NCBI GenBank assembly: GCA_051294375.1
Contig: JBJCIZ010001102.1
Coordinates: 1-9,908 of the forward strand
Length of the DNA stretch: 9,908 nucleotides
From: Paraspadella gotoi
Lineage: Eukaryota; Animalia; Chaetognatha
Direction of reading: 5' to 3'
A program made the translations under genes and the position numbers. This document shows, piece by piece, positions 1 through 8,129 of the stretch. Positions within the stretch are counted from its first letter, which is position 1. Each line of letters begins with the position of its first letter. The notes beneath the pieces were generated by a model. The model was not told the DNA's origin, searched no databases, and worked only from the letters and a program-made list of their open reading frames with translations.

Positions 1-89
1 ATTAATTTTTCGGTGCAAAACATTTTTTTTATTTTTTAAAATATTTTTTTTGGAAATCATCGAGTCCTTGGTTGAAATCACTCGAGTCG

Positions 90-147
90 CCGATCCGATT
101 CGATTCCGATCCGATTCCGATTCGATTCCGATTTGATTTTGATTCCG
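90..147. repeat. Imperfect (CCGATT/CGATT/CCGAT)n microsatellite
   Basis: ccgat ccgatt cgatt ccgat ccgatt ccgatt cgatt ccgatt tgatt ttgatt ccg: about 10 mixed 5/6-bp units, read directly. Confidence 0.9.
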
Positions 148-590
148 TTCCATCGATGAAACCAAGTAAAAAATATTTTAAATCGATAGGAATTATTTAA
201 ATTTTAATTTGTATAAAATAAGTGCATTTTTAAAAATACGCTAATTATTTTCATCTTTAAATTCCATTATTTAAAGTTGTGAGCAATTAAATCATTAACC
301 CAAAACAAAATGGTTGCTATTTTTTTAATAAATTATTAATAAATTAGATTAATAAATTAAAAAAGAAATATGAATAATGAAAATAGATACTTTTAAAAAG
401 AACGAATACTGCATTATAAAACCTCTAAATAAAAATATGAGGTCGTTTTTTACTGATCTTTATCTAAAGAAACAATTTAAAAAATTAATCAATATTATAA
501 AAATATTTGATAAATATTTAATTTAATAATTTTTCAAAAAAATTACATAAACAATTTTTTACCAATTATTTTTATTTTTATTTAGGTATT

Positions 591-620
591 ATGGTGGACT
601 AAAATCCACCAACCGTTCAT
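591..620 (+). repeat. Palindrome-containing ~30-bp motif, copy 1 (probable DNA-transposon subterminal motif)
   Basis: atGGTGGActaaaaTCCACCaaccgttcat contains a 6-bp stem (593-598/605-610) and recurs at 1195-1227. Confidence 0.65.
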
Positions 621-1194
621 TTTGATAATGTTTTTTTCAAAAGCTGATTGAAAGACTCGAATCACAGAGTCGAAACAGACTATTGACAATAAAAATCGTA
701 TTGTATTTGGCAAACAATAAACAATTCTAATATATAATATCTTATAAAATCATTAAAATTTTAGAAATCATATTTTTTTAAATTTTAAGGATCAGTTTTC
801 GGATCGCCGAAAAAACCGGAAAAACTTCTTTGTAAAAATGTCACATGATATTTTGTGGTTAAAGCTGCAGAAAAATGACAAAACGTTTCATCATATTAAA
901 TAGTTTTTATTACAAAACCGTAACAAGAAGTGGAGAATTTGACCATTTTTTTTCATTTTTGACCGCTGAGACATTGAAATTTTTATAACATATTTTATAT
1001 TTTTAATATAATTTTGTTATGAAGAATCAGAATCTTTATAAAAATTTTTAAAAAATTATTTTAAAAATTTATGATTTTATAAAGATATTACTATAATATA
1101 TTGAATGTAATGAAAAACTGTTCCACCAAACAATATAAACAAAATATTTTTTATTCCTTAATCATACTATCTCACGTTTAACATTTATCATTGT

Positions 1195-1227
1195 ATGGTG
1201 GACTAGCAAATCCACAAAACCGTTCAT
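1195..1227 (+). repeat. Palindrome-containing ~30-bp motif, copy 2
   Basis: atggtggactagcaaatccacaaaaccgttcat is a direct, indel-bearing copy of 591-620. It lies at the transition from very AT-rich to GC-richer sequence. Confidence 0.65.
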
Positions 1228-1237
1228 CACCGTTTTG

Positions 1238-1619
1238 GCGCCGCTGGTCGTTCTGGCAGTTAAGGAGGGGACAGGGGCCGCTTAACCCGCCTGTAAACAT
1301 GGTGTTACAGCCTGATTCGAAGCTTCAGGGACTGGCTTATATTGAACGGTTCTGTCATTAACACCATAACAATAATTACTGGTCTCTTCAACTTGTCTGT
1401 TCACTCAGATAAAATTTCATATTCCTCAGTACTTCCACTCACTACGCATGGGCTCCAATGGCTGAGAGAATCTGCGCGCGTCGATGTTGGAGATTACAAT
1501 CTTTCCGAATGTTTCAGCGCAGCAGACCTTCTGCTGCCTGAAAGATGCGCGCGCGTGTGATGTGAGAGAAGTGGTGAGCGACCGAAAATGGCGGCACGCT
1601 TTCCGACCGGGAACAGCGG
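1238..1619 (+). repeat. Segment A, insertion-rich copy (frameshifted version of an unknown coding segment)
   Basis: 1238-1385 matches the reverse complement of 6704-6846, and 1371-1619 matches 6944-7165 directly. Differences are mostly single-base insertions. The ORFs listed at 1342 and 1484 contain pieces of the peptide read cleanly at 6980-7165 (LQWLR, VDVGDYNL, LLLPE). Confidence 0.85.
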
Positions 1620-2320
1620 TGCTCCCCGACAGTTACATTTTGTATATGGGCGGGTTATTGTATCGATTTGTACTCGACCGGTTTTCCGCCTCCAAGAGCC
1701 TTGCACTCCGAACTCATTGCGCCAGTGAGGGTGGCGGCCGCGATGCGCTTTCGTTTAATTACGACCCACGCGGCGCCGGCCAATGGGCTGCCTAGAACTT
1801 GATAATAGCAGACGTTGCCATCGCGAGAGAACTATGACACCATCGACACTCGCAGATGCGCTCCAGCTTTGGGCTTCACGTCGGTGGATTCTTCCTCTTT
1901 CAATACTTGGAGAAGGGATGCAAGGAGGAGTGACGCCATTTTGCTGGATGAACTAATATTGTCCTCAATATTTCTCTCTCTCAAAATGAAAACAGGCTTT
2001 ATTCATAACAAACTACTAAACATTGACTATAAAACAGGAAGCTCGCCATAGCCAGTGACAAAATTCACATCGTCATCGGAGTTAAACCTTTGAAAACGTC
2101 TACAACAGTCATCACTACTTCATCTCAATTTCGCGTTCATAAACTATACGTCTTCGCGTTGCACAAACTATTCGTCTTTTCAAGTCAATTATCGTCATAT
2201 TCGATTATGTTACTGTTATGAGTAATATGTTCATTTAGTAATTACTGTTATCATTACTTGGTTTTGGTTACAGTACCCTTAAGTTTATGTTGTCCATCAA
2301 TTGTTACATAATTTAGTCTA

Positions 2321-2633
2321 TCTATCTCTATCTTTAAATAATAGAGTGCTTTGTCTTTGATTTTATCTTTTAGCAAAGGGAGTAGTAAATAGCATATATA
2401 TGAGTATATATATGACATGGCCAAAACTTTGAATCACTTTAAGCCAGTTAGTAACGCCCTAAGGACGCTCGACCTTTACATTGTAGAATCTAAAGATGCG
2501 GCAGGCAAGTCTCATCGGAGTAGTACTCCGCAATCTCTAACGCTCCAAAGACCGCTCTCGGCGGTAATGTTTTTGAACTAATTTTAAAAAGTATTGCCCT
2601 AAGAGCCAACTTCGAGCTCGGGCATTTTTCTCG
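2321..2633 (+). mobile_element. Probable short non-autonomous Helitron-like element
   Basis: The 5' end a|TCTATCTCTATCTTTAAATAATAGAG resembles an insect Helitron TC start. There is an internal (TA)-rich stretch near 2393-2412, a 3' GC hairpin tgccc-(taa)-gagc...gctc-gggca (2595-2624), then a T-run and CTCG (canonical end is CTRR, so one mismatch). Confidence 0.45.
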
Positions 2634-3234
2634 CATTTAATATCGCTTCATCTCTCCTCTCTCTCCAGAACATCGGATGTATGCAATATACATGGCTGAC
2701 AATTTTATCAAGCGCTGGTAAAATAAGCTGTTCATTTGGAAGAACCAGTGGTTATTTCATTGATTTTAAAAATTAGTTTAGTAGAAATATTAAAGTCATT
2801 TAAGTGTTAAAATTTGTTGATAAGTTAAGACTTATGCATCTTGACAATGGTGAGAAAGCTTTTTAAAATACTGGTTTCATTTCCAACCCACTGTTTTAAA
2901 ATTCAATTTTTTTTCTAACTTTTAGCCACTTTTTTAAACAACAGTATTTATTAAGATATTAATCAATATTAATATCTCAGGAAAGCCCTTAAATATTAAT
3001 TATTCTACTACTCAAGTATCATTGAAGAGGCCTGAATTAAACAAGATTTAAGATTGCCAACAACAATTTGATAAAAATCTTAAGATTTTACCCTCCAGCT
3101 ATTGATTTTTGGACAAGATGTCTCGTTTTGAGTAGTACCTAATTAAAATACAGCTGGGCTGTTAAATTTTATACTACTAGCTACTCTTAAGTATATCATT
3201 TTATTAGATGTTGAAATAGAGGCTTTCAGTTAGA

Positions 3235-3924
3235 TTCTATAATATTAATAATATTTTATTATAAATTCGTAGATATTAATAAATAATTTATTACGAATTC
3301 AAATATATTTTCGTCAATTGCCGGCCTTTGTTTGGAGAACATTAAGTAATTCATACCCAAGAGTGGTCAAGCGTAATAAGTTTGTTTAATTGGCCTGTGG
3401 ACTTTGCTATTATATTGTCATCTCAATTATAGGTACTCAAAAAGCTTTGAAAAAAATCAATATTTCATACTTTATTGTAGTGGTTTTTCGAAGTGAAAAT
3501 TCAAAGTAAGCAGATCGCTTTATTCTTCCAATTAACCACACTGTAAACATTTAAACAAACATGCACATCCCTATTGTTCAGCTCTTGGAAAGGCTTTAAG
3601 GTAAAGCTTTTCCAAAAGCTTAAAGATTTACATGTGCTTGTAGTCATATCGCGGAACTTAGGGAATTCTGCACGGTATTCACTAATTTTCAAGTTTTGGA
3701 AGTTCAAATAGTTCAGGGCGAAAACGACGACGAATACAACGACAAGGCGACAACGAAGTCTTTCTACTTTTATGACCATGCAGGGGTCAGCAAGAATGAC
3801 CACATTCAGCCGGCAAAGTTGGTTCATCCATCTTCTTCTGTGCACCCTCGAGCAGCAAATTAAACAATGAAACACGTCCTGGCGACTTGCCCACTAGGTT
3901 TGGGGTTTTCAAGCCCCCAAGGCG
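3235..3924 (+). repeat. Segment B, copy 1 (direct repeat of ~9280-9908)
   Basis: Long colinear blocks are shared with 9280-9908, e.g. aagtgaaaattcaaagtaagcagatcgctttatt, cactaattttcaagttttggaagttcaaatagttcagg and ggcgaaaacgacgacgaatacaacgacaa. The match runs to the window end, so the true right boundary is unknown. Confidence 0.92.
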
Positions 3925-5069
3925 GTATTACCCCATTCCTCACGATCCCGCCGGAGTTGTGGTACCATGGAGAGTGGGTTAACATTCATGGTCATGAGGA
4001 GATGTATAACGCAATGACCTACCGCGGTCACAACTGAAGTTGTAATGCTTGAACTCTAAAGCAATGGGCCAACTACAGATAGTGAAAGTAAAGAAAAATA
4101 GTACTATACTATAAAGAAATATTGTTTCAGGATAAGAAAGTAAAGTGTAGCATACTTCTTATGTATACTTGGTTGTTTAACCTTCTTCATAGTAGTAGTA
4201 TAATGAACCCACAAGACCTTTTTAAAGTAAGGATTGACGTGTATCATGTGGAAAATAGTGTGCAATTAAAGCTGACTGCGCTGCGCCAACGTTTAATTTC
4301 AGCTTGCTCATTGTTAAAACTAAACTCTTATCTTTCATCTTCATTCCTAATTTAAGTATTAAAACTTTTTATTTGTTCTGTTGTTTTATTGTTGATTTGA
4401 AAAAAAAATGTTATTAAATTAATAGAAATGTTATAACCTTATCTAAGCTATCAATTAAAGCTTACAAAAATATTAATTAGGTACAGTATCTTGTCCTATT
4501 TTTTACGTTTGATAAAGGCCTTGTCTTGTACATGGGCCACATATAATTATAGTAGTTTGTACATTCCATGTATCGTTGGCCTTTTTATGCAGATGTAATA
4601 ATTAATAATCATAAGATACCGTATTCAATATACTACTATTGCAGCGCTTGTCAAAGTGCTAGTGTATAGGAGGAGAGTTACAGTGATTAAAGTAACACGC
4701 GCTTCTGTTGCCCAGCAAAAGTTTGCAAAATGTGGGAACGATTGCCGCCAAAGCAGTGTTTCACCTGTCGGCGTTATTCATTCACTATTTTCATATGATA
4801 TTAAATTCATATATATTACAATTGACTTCTTATTCTTTCCCATGTTGTCAGACTTGTTTAAATACAATCCAGAAAATTTATGAGGACCCAAACGCGCATT
4901 TTTAGTTTGACCGCTCCTTCTCCGCTCGATCATCGTTCGCGGCTTAAATAAAAAGAAACTACGATGCGAGTGCCTAGTTCAAACGTTTAGTGGCAACCAA
5001 AAAATATTTTCAGATCCGCGGAATCTGTTTTGCGAAGAGGATGAAAAGAATGGCGCGGTTTTTTGCCTG

Positions 5070-5361
5070 CCCATTTCTAAACGCGCTTGGCCGATTGACT
5101 TGAAATTTGCCATGCGAGCAATATTGACTATTATTTTCCTATCGAATCGATATAAAAAGGTATATAAGAAAATGCCACGGACGCGAAGCTACATGCATAT
5201 CTACCTGTAGCAATAAAGCTTGTACAAAGATATTTTATCAAAAAGTCAATTTTTATAGTTATTTTTTATTTTCTTCAGAGTTGGCAGGCATTTACTGGTA
5301 TAAATCTTCGTTGGAAAAAAATATTCAAAAAAATCATATGGCATGTGATGGGTACCTTTAC
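5070..5361. mobile_element. MITE/non-autonomous DNA transposon fragment (possible TTAA-type end)
   Basis: Contains ccatttctaaacgcgcttggccgattgacttgaaatttgccatg, the 'ccgatt..tgaaattt' type motif common inside insect MITEs. It ends in gggtaccttta, resembling a ...CCT|TTAA terminus. No matching opposite end was found. Confidence 0.35.
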
Positions 5362-5900
5362 CAATTATCGTTTCTTGATTTAAAACTTTCATGCATGGAA
5401 AGGTCTACGTCATTATTTCTGCATATGAACTCTGACTTTTGGCTTGTGCCAAGATAAGAGGTAAGTAAGGTAATGAAAAAGATCAGTGTGAAAACTCAAA
5501 AAGTTGTCACGGGTCTTTGTGAGGTATGTGCCTCGAATATTGTGACACTTAAACGATTAAGTCCTTACTAAAACCCTCTGTCTGAGAAGAACCTCGTCCC
5601 TTTGCCGCTTCGGCCATTCCCTGACAAGAATTGGTATTCAATTGCTTAGCTTAAAAAAAACATTCTTATTCTTTTTTATAAAAAAATATTGAAATAATGA
5701 CACTTCTTCCCCTGTTATATTCTTTGGCACAACTCTGTATCCTTTCTTCCATATAAAATTTAATAGCCAAGAAGATCATTGCCTTATTCAAACGTAGTTT
5801 TTATACTTATTTCCTCTTTCTTATTTTCGTTGTATTTTACATTATTTAGATGGAATAACAAAGTTGCTTTGTTTGTAAACAACGATTTTAATTCACAATT

Positions 5901-5945
5901 GGGACATGGTTTCGGCTCTTGCCTTTTAAGCCTTTCATCAGCGTT
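5901..5945 (-). ncRNA. Minimal type I hammerhead ribozyme motif (PLE pLTR-like), unit 1
   Basis: The minus strand reads aacg-CUGAUGA(5941-5935)-aa-GGCUU-aaaaggcaa-GAGCC-GAAA(5913-5910)-c-cau-GUC(5905-5903). Both core boxes are intact, helix II has 5 bp, helix III is very short and there is a GUC triplet. Helix I pairs poorly in this copy. Confidence 0.72.
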
Positions 5946-5983
5946 TTGTTTCATTAACAGGTTTTCGTCTTAACATTGAGTTT

Positions 5984-6036
5984 GAGGGAGAGAGAAGTGA
6001 AGAGAGAGAGAGAGAGAGAGAGAAAGAAAAGAGAGA
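5984..6036. repeat. (AG)n microsatellite
   Basis: Perfect (AG)11 at 6001-6022 inside a purine-rich tract. Confidence 0.95.
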
Positions 6037-6124
6037 AAAATAAAAATTAATCTTCTCTCATGTTCGTTTACCCTTCACCTGTCCTCTCATCCTCGATCAT
6101 TTCTTCGTTGTGTTGTTTAGTTAC

Positions 6125-6305
6125 TTGAAATTAAGACAAAGTCCCTTGATACAGCAACGATCTTTATTTTTATTGTACAGACCACAAGTTTTTCGGCTTT
6201 CATTCAACAAAGCACTGATGAAGGGCTTGAAATGAAAGCCGAAACTTGCTGTAAAATAAAAATAAATCGTTGCTAGTATCAATAGACTTTTGTCTTAATT
6301 TGCAA
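6125..6305. repeat. Long palindrome 1 (~80-bp arms), PLE pLTR-like fold-back
   Basis: The left arm 6125-6207 (ttgaaattaagacaaagtc...caacgat...ttcggctttcattcaa) is the imperfect reverse complement of 6227-6305. The 19-nt loop carries CTGATGA. Confidence 0.9.
6211..6253 (+). ncRNA. Hammerhead ribozyme motif, unit 2
   Basis: agca-CUGAUGA(6215-6221)-ag-GGCUU(6224-6228)-gaaauga-AAGCC(6236-6240)-GAAAC(6241-6245)-uugcu-GUA, followed by AATAAA twice (6255-6266). The inverted arm gives the variant GAAA..cuugugGUCugu. Helix I is weak. Confidence 0.62.
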
Positions 6306-6306
6306 A

Positions 6307-6422
6307 TAGAAACAAATAGATAACGGACATGTTCTTCGAACTTTGCTTGTAAGTCTTCATTCGGCAAATTGAAGACTTACAAGCCAAATTCAAAACATGT
6401 CCCGTTAATTATTTGTTTTCTA
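6307..6422. repeat. Long palindrome 2 (~52-bp arms) with degenerate hammerhead motif, unit 3
   Basis: Arms 6307-6359 and 6370-6422 (gcttgtaagtcttca / tgaagacttacaagc is a perfect core), 10-nt loop. The minus strand of the left arm reads ccgaaUGA-a-GACUU-acaagca-AAG(u)UC-GAA(g)A-ACAUGUC-CGUU, i.e. damaged core boxes with a self-complementary ACAUGU helix III. Confidence 0.85.
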
Positions 6423-6469
6423 ATAAAATCAATTGTTCTGTAAATAAAATACAATTTTCCTTCTTTCAA

Positions 6470-6700
6470 ATAAATTTCCTAAACGCAAACGAAAAGAAAA
6501 GATGTTCACAACAATGGTTTTCTAGTTAAAAAATAATCCGTGTAGATAAATCCGATTTTCGCACCGTTTGAGGTTTTGTTGGAACACTCAAGTTTAAAAA
6601 AAATATCTCCTAAACCACTTGACGCGATTGTCAGTAAAATTTTAGATACATTCGGATTCCTTATTTAAAATTATTATTTTTCTAGTATAATTTTTAAATG
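6470..6700. mobile_element. MITE-like fragment
   Basis: atatctcctaaaccacttgacgcgattgtcagtaaaattttag (6603-6645) and atccgattttc resemble the same insect MITE internal motif class as 5070-5115. Termini were not identified. Confidence 0.3.
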
Positions 6701-6703
6701 GAT

Positions 6704-6918
6704 GAGACAGTAATTACCTTGATATGTGTTAATGACAGAACCGTTCCAATGTTAGCAGTCCTGAGCTTCGGATCCAAGGCTGTAACACCATGTTAAAGGT
6801 GGTTAGCGCCCTGTCCCTCATGAACTGCTAGGCGAACCACCGGGCTAGAACCCCGGACCTTTGGGTTGGGAGGCAAAATGACTTGCCCGTCCGGGGCACC
6901 AATGGGCCGCTGATGAAG
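6704..6918 (-). repeat. Inverted copy of the 5' part of segment A, with an open frame from the gap
   Basis: The reverse complement matches 1238-1385 (catggtgttacagcct; gaacggttctgtcattaacac). The minus-strand frame from 6918 reads LHQRPIGAPDGQVILPPNPKVRGSSPVVRLAVHEGQGANHL before a stop at an indel position. Confidence 0.8.
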
Positions 6919-6943
6919 NNNNNNNNNNNNNNNNNNNNNNNNN
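6919..6943. other. Assembly gap (25 N)
   Basis: 25 consecutive N. Confidence 1.
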
Positions 6944-6979
6944 AATAATTACTGTCTCTTCACTTGTCTGTTCACTCAG

Positions 6980-7165
6980 ATAAAATTTATATTCCCCAGT
7001 ACTCCACTCTACTACGCATGGCTCCAATGGCTGAGAGATCTGGGCGTCGATGTTGGAGATTACAATCTTCCGAATGTTTCAGCGAGACTTCTGCTGCCTG
7101 AAGATGCGCGCCAGTTATGTGAAATTGTGCGACCGAAAATGGCGGACGCTTCGACGGAAACAGCG
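6980..7165 (+). CDS. Candidate coding exon of unknown protein (partial, 62 aa)
   Basis: The whole 222-bp inter-gap contig (6944-7165) is open in one frame. After a pyrimidine tract plus CAG acceptor (ctcttcacttgtctgttcactcag, AG at 6978-6979) it reads IKFIFPSTPLYYAWLQWLRDLGVDVGDYNLPNVSARLLLPEDARQLCEIVRPKMADASTETA. Family not recognised. Confidence 0.4.
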
Positions 7166-7190
7166 NNNNNNNNNNNNNNNNNNNNNNNNN
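7166..7190. other. Assembly gap (25 N)
   Basis: 25 consecutive N. Confidence 1.
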
Positions 7191-8050
7191 CGAACCTTTG
7201 GCACGAGAAGAGAGAAGATCATGAAATGTACATTTTCATAAGAGCAACTAATATCCGCCTGCTTGAGGGTGCCAGAAGAAATTGGATAACCAACTTTGGG
7301 AAGCGGAATGGTTCATTCTTTAGCTGACCCCCTATTTGTCGTAAAGTAGAAAGACACTGTTGTTGTCGCCTTTGTCGTTGTAATTCGTCTTGTCATTGTC
7401 GTCCGTCGTTTTTGCCGTGAACTAATTTGAACTTCGCAAAACTTGAAAAAATTTAGTGGATCCATCAGAATACTATAATTACCGTTGATAAATGCTACAA
7501 CAATCATGTTAAAGTGAGCCTTGCCAAAGGCTGGGACAATGTATTAACAATGTTTTGTTTAAAAGTTTAAACAGTGTGGTTAAAGGTGAAATAAAACGAT
7601 CTGCTTACTTTGAATTTTCACTTGGAAAAACCCTACCAATAATATTTTAATTTTATAAAAGTATGATAGCTTTTGATTTTTTTAAAAGCTTTTTTAGTAC
7701 ATTGAAACCAATAATATGCAAGCCACGTAAGTTAAACTAAAACAACTTATTTTCAAGGCTTGAACACTCTTTTGGTATGAGATTACTTAACGTCTACCTA
7801 AAAAAAGGGTCGGCAATTGACCTGAAAATATATTTTTGAATTCGCGATAGAAATTATTTATTTATATGCTAGACGAATTTAGTTAATTTTTTTTATTAAT
7901 TTAATATTCATATCTCATTTAAACAGGAAAACTCACTGGATTTCTAATGAATCGAAATAATCAAAGGAAGAGGTTTTATTCTTGTAGAATAAAGGTGACG
8001 AACAGTGTGAGACGCGCCGCAGGGAGTCTTGATACAATTCTCTTGAAAAG
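7191..8050 (-). repeat. Segment B, inverted copy (left arm of large inverted repeat)
   Basis: The reverse complement matches 9141-~9885, e.g. cgatctgcttactttgaattttcacttggaaaaaccctac (7597-7636) and tgtgagacgcgc / gcgcgtctcaca. The match is clear for 7258-8050 and only faint for 7191-7257. Confidence 0.9.
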
Positions 8051-8129
8051 TTCTTCCCCGGGCGGTGAGCAAGTTTTAGGCCAAAGAATCTAAAGAGGGT
8101 TTCGACCTAGGTCTATAGTTTTGGGTACC

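Noticed and set aside
2130-2176. Two ~23-bp tandem units (ttcgcgtt..aaacta..cgtc)
   Set aside because: Simple local duplication with no spacers; not CRISPR-like.
2700-3200. Several short AT-rich inverted repeats (e.g. agatattaat/attaatatct at 2954-2977)
   Set aside because: Expected by chance at this AT content, and no coherent TIR/TSD pair could be defined.
5279-5460. Apparent exon (ttcttcag acceptor, AG|GTAAGT donor) with a GIY tripeptide
   Set aside because: There is an in-frame stop just before the donor, no YIG partner motif, and it overlaps a MITE-like end.
3501-5973. ORF-track ORFs at 3501, 4122, 4656, 4708 and 5779
   Set aside because: Short, low-complexity AT-driven translations, mostly with non-ATG starts and no recognisable motifs; the 3501 ORF is not preserved in other B copies.
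6050-6120. Loose resemblance to a PacBio SMRTbell adapter
   Set aside because: Too degenerate, and the flanks are not mirror images around it.
6910-6918. CTGATGAAG just before the gap
   Set aside because: Truncated by Ns, so there is no GAAA or helix evidence; it also falls in the minus-strand coding-like segment.
7098-7153. CUGAAGA...CCGAAA hammerhead-like spacing (also in the copy at ~1538-1588)
   Set aside because: Helix II does not close cleanly against GAAA, there is no helix I complementarity, and it lies within the open reading frame.
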